DNA from: Planctomycetota bacterium
GTDB lineage: Bacteria > Planctomycetota > B15-G4 > JAXMBY01
Assembly (NCBI GenBank): GCA_046349655.1
Contig: JAXMBY010000001.1
Location: 181,351 to 245,350, forward strand
Reading direction: 5' to 3'
Length of the DNA: 64,000 nt
This document shows, piece after piece, positions 21,862 through 31,085 of the stretch. The position numbers and the translations under genes were made by a program. Numbering within the stretch: position 1 is the stretch's first letter; each line of letters starts with the position of its first letter. The notes below the pieces were generated by a model. The model ran no database searches and was not told the DNA's origin. It was given only the letters and a program-made list of their open reading frames with translations.

Positions 21862-22551
21862 ATGGCCGAGATCCTGGTGGACGTGGACGACGTGGTGAAG
21901 GTTTACGATCGGCGCGGCGACACCGTGCCGGTGCTCGACCACATGCACGTGCAGGTGGAGCGCGGCGAGTTCCTGGCGCTGATGGGCCCGTCGGGCTCGG
22001 GCAAGACCACGCTGCTCAACCTGATCGGCGGGCTGGACGTGCCGACGTCGGGTCACGTGGTGGTGGGCGGCGAGCACATCTCGGAGATGGCGGGCCGGCA
22101 GCTCGCCGCATGGCGCGCGCGCCATGTTGGCTTCATCTTCCAGGTCTACCACCTGATCCCGGTGCTGAGCGCCGCGCACAACGTCGAGCTGCCGCTGCTG
22201 CTCACGCGCTTGAGCAAGGCCGAGCGGCGCGAGCACGTGGAGCTCGCGCTCAGCATCGTCGGGCTCCAGGATCGCATGACGCACAAGCCTGGCGAGCTGT
22301 CGGGCGGCCAGCAGCAGCGGGTCGCGATCGCGCGCGCGATCGTCGGCGATCCCGAGCTGATCCTGGCCGACGAGCCGACCGGCGATCTCGATGCGCGCTC
22401 CGCCAAGGAGATCCTGGAGCTGCTCGTGCAGCTCAACAGCGAGCACGACAAGACCATCGTCATGGTCACGCACGATCCACGCGCCGCGCACGTGGCGAAG
22501 CGCAGCTTGCATCTCGACAAGGGCGTGCTGACGAGCGAGGTGCCGGCATGA
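21862..22551 (+). CDS. ABC transporter ATP-binding protein (MacB/LolD-like)
   Basis: GPSGSGKTT Walker A, LSGGQQQRVAIARA signature, ILADEPTGDLD Walker B, VTHD H-loop. GAGGTGG RBS before ATG 21862. Confidence 0.9.
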   Translation: MAEILVDVDDVVKVYDRRGDTVPVLDHMHVQVERGEFLALMGPSGSGKTTLLNLIGGLDVPTSGHVVVGGEHISEMAGRQLAAWRARHVGFIFQVYHLIPVLSAAHNVELPLLLTRLSKAERREHVELALSIVGLQDRMTHKPGELSGGQQQRVAIARAIVGDPELILADEPTGDLDARSAKEILELLVQLNSEHDKTIVMVTHDPRAAHVAKRSLHLDKGVLTSEVPA

Positions 22552-23699
22552 AGTTCCTGCACTACATCTTCGCCAACTTGATGCGCAACAAGCTGCGCAC
22601 GTTGCTCACGATCGGCGGCATCACGATCGCGATGTTCCTGTTCTGCTTCCTCGAGGCCGTGCTGACGGGGTTCACCTCGGGCGTCGACATGTCGGATGCC
22701 TCGCGGCTGATCGTGCGCAACGCCGTGTCGCTGGTGCAGCCCCTGCCGATCGCCTACCGCGAGCGCATCCTGAAGGTGCCGGGTGTGAAGGACATCGGCT
22801 TTGCATGCTGGTTCGGCGGCACCTACGAGGCGAAGAAGGACGAGTTCTTCGGCCAGTTCGCGATCAACGACGAGGACTACCTGCGCCTGTATCCGGAGTT
22901 CCAGATCCCCGACGAGCAGCGCCGCGCATTCCTCGGCGAACGCAAGGCATGCATCCTGGGCAAGAAGGAGGCCGAGCGCCTGCAGAAGAAGGTCGGCGAC
23001 ACGATCGTGCTCACCGGCACGATCTACTTCGGCACCTGGGAATTCATCGTGCGCGGCATCTACCAGGGCACCAAGGAAAACGTCGACGAGACCATGATGC
23101 TGTTCCATTACCAGTACGTGGACGACAGCATGCCCGAGAACGAGCGCGGTCAGGTCGGCTGGTACGTGGTGCAGATCGACGACCCCTCGCAGGCGGCCGC
23201 CGTCAGCACGCGCATCGACGACCTGTTCCGCAACAGCGCTTATGCCACGCGCACCGAGACCGAGCGCGCCTTCCAGCTAGGGTTCGTGTCGATGATGGGC
23301 AACATCCAGCTCCTGCTGCGCTCGATCGGTGCCGCGGTCGTGTTCACGATCTTGATGGTTGCCGCCAACACCATGATGATGGCAGCGCGCGAGCGCACCG
23401 CCGAGATCGGCATCCTGAAGACGCTCGGCTTTCCGGATCGCACGGTGTTCTTCTTGACCATGGCCGAGGCGGTCGCGATCGCGCTGTTCGCCGGTGTGCT
23501 CGGCTGCCTCGGCTCGAAGGTGCTGTTCGACCACGTGAAGTTCAATCCCGGCGGCTTCTTCCCGATCTTCTACGTGCCCTGGCAATCGGCCATCGTCGGC
23601 TTGATCATCGCCATGGTCGCGGGCCTCGTGAGCGGGCTCGCGCCGGCGTTCCAGGCGGCGCGCATGCCGGTCGCGCTGTCGCTGCGGAAGGTGGTGTGA
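22548..23699 (+). CDS. ABC transporter permease, FtsX/MacB-like (4 TM with large periplasmic loop)
   Basis: ATGA start/stop overlap with the ATPase gene. MKFLHYIFANLMRNKLRTLLTIGGITIAMFLF... and C-terminal RERTAEIGILKTLGF FtsX motif. Confidence 0.85.
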   Translation: MKFLHYIFANLMRNKLRTLLTIGGITIAMFLFCFLEAVLTGFTSGVDMSDASRLIVRNAVSLVQPLPIAYRERILKVPGVKDIGFACWFGGTYEAKKDEFFGQFAINDEDYLRLYPEFQIPDEQRRAFLGERKACILGKKEAERLQKKVGDTIVLTGTIYFGTWEFIVRGIYQGTKENVDETMMLFHYQYVDDSMPENERGQVGWYVVQIDDPSQAAAVSTRIDDLFRNSAYATRTETERAFQLGFVSMMGNIQLLLRSIGAAVVFTILMVAANTMMMAARERTAEIGILKTLGFPDRTVFFLTMAEAVAIALFAGVLGCLGSKVLFDHVKFNPGGFFPIFYVPWQSAIVGLIIAMVAGLVSGLAPAFQAARMPVALSLRKVV

Positions 23700-23701
23700 C
23701 G

Positions 23702-24877
23702 ATGGCGATTCCGCTCTCCTACAACGTGCGCAATCTGCTCGTGCGCAAGACCGCAACCACCATGACCGCGCTCGGCATCGGCTGCGTGGTCGCAGTGCTG
23801 GTGAGCGTGCTCGCGCTCGCCGAGGGCTTCACCACGCAGTCGCCAAGTCGGGCAGCGAACAGAATGGCATCGTGCTGCGCAGGGCGCGATCTCCGAGATC
23901 CAGAGCGCGATCGATCGCGAGACGTTCCAGATCCTGCGCACGCTGCCTCAGGTTGCGAGCGACGGCGATGGCGAGCCGCTCGCCTGCGGCGACATGGTGA
24001 TCGTGATCAACCACCCGAAGCTCGGCGGCGGCAAGGACGACAGCGCCAATGTCACCGTGCGCGGCGTCTCGGGGAAGCCGTTTGGCGTGCGGCCGTCGGT
24101 TCACGTCATCGAGGGCAAGCGCTTCACGCCCGGCTCGAGCGAGGTGATCGTCGGCAAGTCCATCTCGCGGCGCATTGCCGACTGTCACCTCGGCGGCGTC
24201 ATTCGCCAGGGCGGCACGGACTGGAAGGTCGTGGGCGTGTTCGATGCCGGCGGGTCGGCATTCGAGTCGGAGATCTGGGGCGACGCCGAGGTGATGCTGG
24301 CGGCGTTCGATCGCGGCGTCTTCCAGTCGGTCACGCTGCGATTGCGAGATCCAGACGCCGATCTCAAGGCGATCGACGAGACCTTCGCCAAGGACCAGCG
24401 CCTGAAGAGCCTGCAGGTGCAGCGCGAGGACATCTACTACGCCAAGCAGTCGGAGCTGATCGAGCAGCTGATCACCGGCCTCGGCTCGATGGTCACGTTC
24501 ATCATGTTCCTCGGCGCGATCATGGGCGCCATGAACACGATGTACGCGGCCGTGGCGGGCCGCACGCGCGAGATCGCGACGCTGCTCGCGATCGGCTTCG
24601 GCCCAGGCAGCGTGTTCTTTGCCTTCCTGCTCGAGAGCTTGTTCCTGTGCGCGCTCGGCGGCGCTGTCGCTGCGTGCTCGCATTGCCGATGAACGGCGTC
24701 GCCACCGGCACCACGAACTGGGCATCGTTCAGCGAGGTGGCGTTCGAGTTCCGCATCACGCCGAAGATCCTGCTCGAGGGCATCGCGTTCGCCACCTTCA
24801 TGGGGGTGGTGGGCGGCACGCTGCCGGCGTGGCGCGCGGCGCGGCTTCGCATCGTCGCCGCGCTGCGGCGCGCGTGA
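23702..24877 (+). pseudogene. second FtsX-family ABC permease, disrupted by 3 frameshifts
   Basis: MAIPLSYNVRNLLVRKTATTMTALGIGCVVAVLVSVLALAEGFTTQS (frame 2), then AKSGSEQNGIVLR (frame 1), then GAISEIQSAIDRETFQ...AGRTREIATLLAIGFGPGSVFFAFLLESLFLCALGGAVA (frame 0), then LALPMNGVATGTTNWASFSEVAFEFRITPKILLEGIAFATFMGVVGGTLPAWRAARLRIVAALRRA (frame 2). Confidence 0.6.
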
Positions 24878-24903
24878 GCGACCATGGCCTGGACGTGCGC
24901 GGC

Positions 24904-25248
24904 TCAGACGTGACGCAGGTCGACCACCGGTCCGCTGGCGAACAGCCGATCGAACTGCTCGCGGCTGATCGTGAGCCGCACCACGCGCGATCGATCGGCG
25001 GCATGGGCACGATTGGCCTCGGCGGCATCCTGGGTGGCGAAGCGCAGGCTCGCGTTGTGGCTCTTCGCGGCGCGCGAGATGCGCCGGCCGCGACCCGACA
25101 GCCGGAAGATCTCGACGCTCGTCGAATTGCTGCTGCCGCCACCGCCGTGATGGGCACAGCCGGTCAGCGCGGTCACTGCCAGCGCGCCGCTCAGGGTGAG
25201 CAGGCTGCGCGCGAGGAAGCGACGACGATCGAGCTCGCTGGGTGACAT
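24904..25248 (-). CDS. Tat-signal lipoprotein, hypothetical
   Basis: MSPSELDRRRFLARSLLTLSGALAVTALTGC: twin-arginine motif plus lipobox. Confidence 0.5.
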   Translation of the reverse strand: MSPSELDRRRFLARSLLTLSGALAVTALTGCAHHGGGGSSNSTSVEIFRLSGRGRRISRAAKSHNASLRFATQDAAEANRAHAADRSRVVRLTISREQFDRLFASGPVVDLRHV

Positions 25249-26064
25249 GACGATCGAATCATGCGACGGAGAAGAAGAAGAGGGGGCAGAGGGGAGAGCC
25301 GTTTCCCCTGTCGGTTCGACCGGGTTTGGCGGTCGGCCCAGACGAAGTGCGCGACTTTAGACGGAGCGAGGGCTTGTGCACGTCACAATTCTTTGTTGCC
25401 GTTTGCTTGGCCTGCCGATCTCGCGCACTTTACTGCACGGCCGACCAGCTTGCCAGCCGGCGTGCCGCACGTCAAGAGGCCGATCGCGACCCGATCGGCG
25501 ACGCTCGGTGCAGGCGCCGGCGGCGCGACCGCGCGATCTGCGTGTTTCGAGCGGTGCACTTGCCGATGCATCCGCTGTGCGATCCCCGGATCGATGCAAC
25601 TCGCTCTTCAGGCTCGCACCGGGCCGGGCAGCGCATGCGGCCTGCGGCAGCGGCCAGCCGATCGCTCGGGTCGGACCCTTGGCAGCCGCCCGGCCGCGCC
25701 GCTTGCCGGTCGTTGGTGCCAGCGCGCGCAGCGGTGCCGCCGCCGCCGGCGGCGTTTGGTGTCCGACAATCGCCTTGACGAACTACCATTCACGGCCTAC
25801 TTTATCTGTGCGACCAAGGTGCTCGCCCCCGCCTGCATTGCCGGTTCGATGGTCTTCGATTTCGCCTGCCCGGCAGTGACGCTTGTGTCGTCGCCACCGC
25901 ATGAATGTATTGCTGGATTCCCACTGTCTCGTTGAGTGCATTAACCAGTTCCCCAAACCAACTGTCAGTCGTAGGACGCTCCTTTCTGCCAGGCCTTCTC
26001 GACGAAGAACCCCGTCCCGCGGCACCCGCGCTCGGCGAAAGCCTGTTCTGCGCCGGAGGATGTC

Positions 26065-27060
26065 ATGAAGAGGTTTCTCCAGATGGCCACGATCGCGGCC
26101 ACAGTGGCCGCGATCGCTCCCTCGGTGATGGCCGAGGGGCGGCAGATGGGCAGCTTGCTCGTGTTCCCGGTGTATTCCACGATGCCGGGTGATGCGACCG
26201 TGCTCACCGTCACCAACGCCAATCTCGACACGAGTTTCGACAACTCGATCGGCTTGCCCAAGGGCACGATCGACACCGAGTGGATCTTCATCAACGGCGC
26301 CAATTGCGGCGAGACCAACTTCATCAAGCGCCTGACGCCGGGCGACTCGATCTCGCTGCTCGCCAACACCGTGATCCTGCAGCCGACGATGGGCTACGTG
26401 TACATCGTCGCGCGCAATCCGAATACCGGCGCGCCGGTCACCTTCAATTACCTGAGCGGGCTCTCCACCACGTTCACCTCGTACCTCGCGCGCTCGTGGG
26501 AGATGCCGCCATTCTCCTTCCGCGGCATCCCGGCCGAGGGTCAGCCGACCAACCTCGACGGCGACAGCAACCGCGACCTCGACGGCGTCGAGTACGAGCA
26601 GGTTCCGGACGTGTTCACGTTCCCGATGTTCTGGGGCCAGGAGCCTCCGGACATCCACACCTGCCTCATCCTGCTCGGCCTGACCGGCACGCAATTCACC
26701 ACCACCGTGGACTTCCTGATCCTGAACGACAACGAGCAGCAGTTCTCGGCCGAGTGGAGCTTCCCTTGCTACACGATGACCGACCTGATCCACATCTCGG
26801 GTGCGTGGCTCGAGACGTTCCTCGATGCCAGCAACAACAACCCGAACGAGCTGCAGGGCGCGTCGTTCAAGGAGACCGGCTGGTATCGCATCGACGGCGC
26901 CGTCGCGTCGTCGAGCAACACCACGGTCTTCGACCCGGCGTTCCTGTGTGCGCAGGTGCAGCTGCTGAACCACCTGGCCGACGCCGACCTGCCGTTCGAG
27001 GAGGGCCATCAGGCGAATGGCTCGCTCCTGTCGCGCAGCATCTTCGGCGATACCAACTGA
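26065..27060 (+). CDS. secreted hypothetical protein, Asn/Thr/Ser/Phe-rich, GC below the local mean
   Basis: GGAGGA RBS; signal peptide MKRFLQMATIAATVAAIAPSVMA. Composition is atypical for the window. Confidence 0.6.
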   Translation: MKRFLQMATIAATVAAIAPSVMAEGRQMGSLLVFPVYSTMPGDATVLTVTNANLDTSFDNSIGLPKGTIDTEWIFINGANCGETNFIKRLTPGDSISLLANTVILQPTMGYVYIVARNPNTGAPVTFNYLSGLSTTFTSYLARSWEMPPFSFRGIPAEGQPTNLDGDSNRDLDGVEYEQVPDVFTFPMFWGQEPPDIHTCLILLGLTGTQFTTTVDFLILNDNEQQFSAEWSFPCYTMTDLIHISGAWLETFLDASNNNPNELQGASFKETGWYRIDGAVASSSNTTVFDPAFLCAQVQLLNHLADADLPFEEGHQANGSLLSRSIFGDTN

Positions 27061-27213
27061 TCGGTTCCGCGATCGATCGCCGCGACTCCCGGGATCGCCC
27101 GTGCCACGCGTGTGGCGCGGGCGATTCTGCTTTGCGGCTGGACCCGCAGCGAGCGGTCGGCTATCTGCACGCCGGTGTTGCCTGCTTGCATGCCTGGGCC
27201 TCGTTGGGCGCGC

Positions 27214-28881
27214 ATGACACAGCCATTGACCGACGACGAGTTCGTGATCGCCTACCACGAGCGCACCAAGCACCACTATCACCGCACCGCGGCCTCGCTC
27301 GGCTATCTCGACTGGGACTCGCAGCCCGACCCGTTCCGCCGTTTCGCCGGAGCCGAGCTGCTGCCGTTGCCGCTCGCTGCGACCGTGCCCGACTCTCCGT
27401 TCGATCGCCTCTACGCGGCAGCCGCGGTGCCGGCCGCGCCGCTCTGCGTGGCGGCGCTCGCGCAGTTCTTCCGCCTGGCGCTGTCGGTCACGGCGTGGAA
27501 GTCGGCCGGCGGCGCGCGCTGGTCGCTGCGCGCCAACCCGTCGAGCGGCAACCTGCATCCGACCGAGGGCTACGCGGTGCTGCCAGCCGTCGGCGGCTGG
27601 CGCGGTGCGGCCGGCGTCCACCACTATGCGCCGCGCGAGCACGGCCTGGAGCAGCGCTGCGCGTGCGACGCCGAGGTCGTCGCGGCGCGGCTGCCGGCGG
27701 GTGCGTTCCTGGTTGGGCTCACCTCGATCGCCTGGCGCGAGGCGTGGAAGTACGGCGAGCGCGCGTTTCGCTACTGCCAGCACGACATCGGTCATGCGCT
27801 CGGCTCGCTCCGCTACGCCGCGGCGGCGCTGGGCTGGCGCCTGTGGCTGCACGACGGCGTGAGCGACGCTTGCATCGCATCCTTGCTCGGCGTCGACCGC
27901 GAGGCTGACTATGCCGGCGCCGAGCGCGAGGCGCCCGAGTGTCTCGTGCTGGTCGCCACCGGCGACGGCGCGCCGCGGCCTCTTGCCGACGCCATCGCCG
28001 CGCTCGCGCGCGACCTCGGCGACCGGCGATGGCACGGGCAAGCGAACGTGCTGAGCACCCAGCACGTCGCCGACTGGGACGTGATCGACGAGGTGACGGC
28101 GCGCTCGCGCAAGAGCACGGGCGCGGCGCCGCCGTCGCCCGACTGGTCCGACCTGCCGCATGCGGTTCAGCTTCACCCTGGCCCGGCGCGCGCGAGCTCG
28201 CCCGGCGCGCGGGCGGTGATCCTGGGCCGGCGCAGCGCCGTGGCCATGGATGCTCGCACGGCGATCGGGCGCGACACCTTCCTGCACATGATGGCCCGGC
28301 TCGTCCCGCAGCACGGCAACGCCGCGATGCCGTTCGATCTGATCCCGTGGCGCCCGCATGTTCACCTCGGCTTGTTCGTGCATCGCGTCGGTGGTCTCGC
28401 GCGCGGGCTGTACGCGCTGGTGCGCGACCCGGCGAAGGTCGTGCGGCTGCGTGCTGCCATGCGACCGGAGTTCGTGTGGCGCAAGCCGGAGCCGTGCCCG
28501 CCCGGGCTCGAGCTCTACCTGCTCGCGGAGGGCGCGTACGAGCAGACCGCGACCGCGGTGTCGTGCGGGCAGGAGATCGCCGGCGATGGGGCGTTCGCGC
28601 TGGCGATGCTGGGCGAGCTGTTCGATGGCGTGCGCGGGCACGGCGCGTGGTTCTACCGGCGGCTGTTCTGGGAGGCGGGCCTGGTGGGCCAGGTGCTGTA
28701 CCTCGAGGCCGAGGCGGCCTCGGTGCGGGCCACCGGCATCGGCTGCTACTTCGACGATCCCGCGGCGGGCGTGTTCGGGCTGCGCGGCACGAGCATCGCG
28801 AGCCTGTATCACTTCACCGTGGGCGGCCCGGTCGAGGACTCGCGGCTCACCACGTCGCCGGGTTATCCTGCGCGCCCGTAG
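27214..28881 (+). CDS. SagB/ThcOx-type dehydrogenase (tandem nitroreductase-fold) family protein
   Basis: N-terminal YHERTKHHYH motif characteristic of SagB-type dehydrogenase domains. Two nitroreductase-like halves with conserved GY/GxG and PSSGNLHPTEGY motifs. Confidence 0.6.
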   Translation: MTQPLTDDEFVIAYHERTKHHYHRTAASLGYLDWDSQPDPFRRFAGAELLPLPLAATVPDSPFDRLYAAAAVPAAPLCVAALAQFFRLALSVTAWKSAGGARWSLRANPSSGNLHPTEGYAVLPAVGGWRGAAGVHHYAPREHGLEQRCACDAEVVAARLPAGAFLVGLTSIAWREAWKYGERAFRYCQHDIGHALGSLRYAAAALGWRLWLHDGVSDACIASLLGVDREADYAGAEREAPECLVLVATGDGAPRPLADAIAALARDLGDRRWHGQANVLSTQHVADWDVIDEVTARSRKSTGAAPPSPDWSDLPHAVQLHPGPARASSPGARAVILGRRSAVAMDARTAIGRDTFLHMMARLVPQHGNAAMPFDLIPWRPHVHLGLFVHRVGGLARGLYALVRDPAKVVRLRAAMRPEFVWRKPEPCPPGLELYLLAEGAYEQTATAVSCGQEIAGDGAFALAMLGELFDGVRGHGAWFYRRLFWEAGLVGQVLYLEAEAASVRATGIGCYFDDPAAGVFGLRGTSIASLYHFTVGGPVEDSRLTTSPGYPARP

Positions 28882-28955
28882 CGCAAAGCAGCGATACGAT
28901 GGCTCCTGGCGAGGCGAGGGCGCGCGCCCCTCCGGCGCCGGGCGCCTCGTGAAGC

Positions 28956-28971
28956 TGGTATGGCGCTTGCA
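28956..28971 (+). promoter_or_regulatory. putative sigma-54 promoter upstream of the universal stress protein gene
   Basis: TGGTATG-GCGC-TTGCA gives perfect GG-N10-GC spacing and a consensus TTGCA -12 element, 72-87 nt upstream of ATG 29043. Confidence 0.4.
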
Positions 28972-29042
28972 AAACGGCTGGGAGCGGGCCTCGCCTTGCC
29001 GCGAGGCTTCGCGCCGGCGCAGGCTCGTTGCGAGGGACGGCC

Positions 29043-29954
29043 ATGAAGATCCTCCTGGGTCATGACGGTTCGCATGCTTCCGACGTGGTGTTCGGTGATC
29101 TTTCTCTGGCGGGCCTGCCACCGTCAGGACAGGCGATCGTGGTCTCGGTGGCGGAGATGTGGCTGCCGTCGCCGCGGAGCTACGGGCTGATGGACCGCGT
29201 GGTCGCCGATCAGGCCGGCGACGGCAACCAGGCAGCCGCCGCGCTGGCCCGGCGAGCTGGCGAGCGAGTGCAGAAGGCCTTGCCGGGATGGTCGGTGGAG
29301 ACTGTCGCCTATGCCGGCTCGGCGGCGCTCTCGATCATCAAGAAGGCCGACGAGTGGCGCCCGGACCTGATCATCGTCGGCTCGCACGGACAATCGGCGG
29401 TGTCGCGCGTGCTGCTCGGCAGCGTCGCCCAGAAGATCGTGACCGAGGCCCGCTGCTCGGTGCGGATCGCCCGCGCGCGGCGCAGCGGACGCACGGGCTC
29501 GGCGGTGCGGCTCGTGGTCGGCGTCGATGGTTCGCCAGGCAGCGATGCCACCCTGCGCGCCATCGCCGCGCGCGCGTGGCCGAAAGGCTCGGAGGCGCAC
29601 ATCGTCACCGGCACCGGCCCGTTCACGGTGGTGGCACCCGGTTCCGAGAGCCTCGCCCAGGCATTGATCTCGATCAGCCCCAAGGAGCGCGACGAGATCC
29701 TCGCCCAGACCCGGCAGGCACAGGCAGCCGCGGAGCAGACGCTGCGCGCCGCGGGGCTCGCCGTGACCAAGATGGTCAAGGAAGGCGATCCGAAGCACCT
29801 CTTGCTCGCCGAGGCCGATGCGTTCGCCGCCGACTGCATCTTCGTCGGCTCGACCGGTCTCAGCCGCTTCGAACGTTTCCTGCTCGGCAGCGTGTCGGCC
29901 GCGGTGGCTCCGCGCGCCCCGTGCTCGGTCGAGGTGGTCCGGCTGGCGACGTGA
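29043..29954 (+). CDS. universal stress protein (tandem UspA domains)
   Basis: Two UspA-like halves: MKILLGHDGS...LIIVGSHGQSAVSRVLLGSVAQKIV and RLVVGVDGS...CIFVGSTGLSRFERFLLGSVSAAVA. Confidence 0.8.
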   Translation: MKILLGHDGSHASDVVFGDLSLAGLPPSGQAIVVSVAEMWLPSPRSYGLMDRVVADQAGDGNQAAAALARRAGERVQKALPGWSVETVAYAGSAALSIIKKADEWRPDLIIVGSHGQSAVSRVLLGSVAQKIVTEARCSVRIARARRSGRTGSAVRLVVGVDGSPGSDATLRAIAARAWPKGSEAHIVTGTGPFTVVAPGSESLAQALISISPKERDEILAQTRQAQAAAEQTLRAAGLAVTKMVKEGDPKHLLLAEADAFAADCIFVGSTGLSRFERFLLGSVSAAVAPRAPCSVEVVRLAT

Positions 29955-30251
29955 AGAACCCGCGCCGACCCCAGCACGCGGTGATCCCGGAGCCGGTGCG
30001 CGGCCGCGGCGAGGTCGGCATCGCGTCCAGCGCAGTTCTTCGTTCGCGGTCGCGCGCACCGCCGTTACCCTGATGGCGTTCCTGGTCTGGCAACCGGCGG
30101 AGCGAACGATGGTGAAGCTCGACGTCACGTATCCAGGCAGGCGTTGCCGCGCGGCGCGGCACGATTCCTCCCGGGAGGCGGCGGCCACCGGTCCCGTGCG
30201 CCGCACGCTCGGGCACGACCTGAAGATCTCGGTCCCCTTCGAGCTCGGACC

Positions 30252-31085
30252 ATGAGCCAGAGCGCGCGCCTTCACCGGCTGCTCGCTGACGACGGCCGCT
30301 GCTTCGACGTGGCGATCGATCATGGGTTGTTCAACGAGCCGTCGTTCCTCGCCGGCATCGAGGACCTGCGCGTCGCGGTCGATCGCATTGCCGCGGCCGC
30401 GCCCGACGCGATCCAGCTCAGCCCGGGGATGGCGGCGCACCTGCAGGTGCGCCCGGGGCGCAAGCCGGCGCTGGTGCTGCGCACCGACGTCGCCAACGTC
30501 TACGGACGGCCGCTGCCGCACCGCCTGTTCAGCCAGCTGACCGACGATCCGGTCACCGCTGCCGTGCGGCTCGATGCGGCTTGCGTGTGCGTGAACCTGC
30601 TGGCATTGCCCGAGCAGCCCGAGGTGCACGAGCAGTGCGTGCAGAACATCACCCGGTTGCGCACCGAATGCGACCGCTATGCGATGCCGCTCATGGTCGA
30701 GCCGCTCGTGATGCGCGGCGACGACCAGGACGGCTACCGCGTCGATGGCGACGTGCGACGGATCGTGGCGCTGGTGCGGCAGGCGGTCGAGCTGGGTGCG
30801 GACGTGATCAAGGCCGATCCCACCGACGACGTCGCTGCCTACCACGAGGTCATTGCCACCGCTGGCGGTATTCCGGTCCTGGTTCGCGGCGGCGGCAAGG
30901 CGAGCGAGGAGGAGATCTTCCGGCGCACGCACGCGCTCATGCGCCAGGGGGCGAGCGGCATCGTCTACGGGCGCAACGTCATCCAGCACCAGCATCCGGC
31001 GGCGATCACGCGCGCGTTCATGGCGCTGGTGCACGAGGCTGCGACGCCCGAGCAAGCGATGCGGATCCTGCGCGATGGCAGCTGA
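30252..31085 (+). CDS. DhnA/FbaB/LsrF-family class I aldolase
   Basis: TIM-barrel aldolase pattern with Schiff-base lysine context GADVIKADPTDD and C-terminal GASGIVYGRNVIQH. Confidence 0.65.
   Translation: MSQSARLHRLLADDGRCFDVAIDHGLFNEPSFLAGIEDLRVAVDRIAAAAPDAIQLSPGMAAHLQVRPGRKPALVLRTDVANVYGRPLPHRLFSQLTDDPVTAAVRLDAACVCVNLLALPEQPEVHEQCVQNITRLRTECDRYAMPLMVEPLVMRGDDQDGYRVDGDVRRIVALVRQAVELGADVIKADPTDDVAAYHEVIATAGGIPVLVRGGGKASEEEIFRRTHALMRQGASGIVYGRNVIQHQHPAAITRAFMALVHEAATPEQAMRILRDGS

Noticed and set aside
25883-26068. 61-aa ORF as a possible RiPP precursor upstream of the SagB-like gene
   Set aside because: Arg-rich, no Cys/Ser/Thr-rich core, no RBS, and overlaps the start of the secreted-protein gene.
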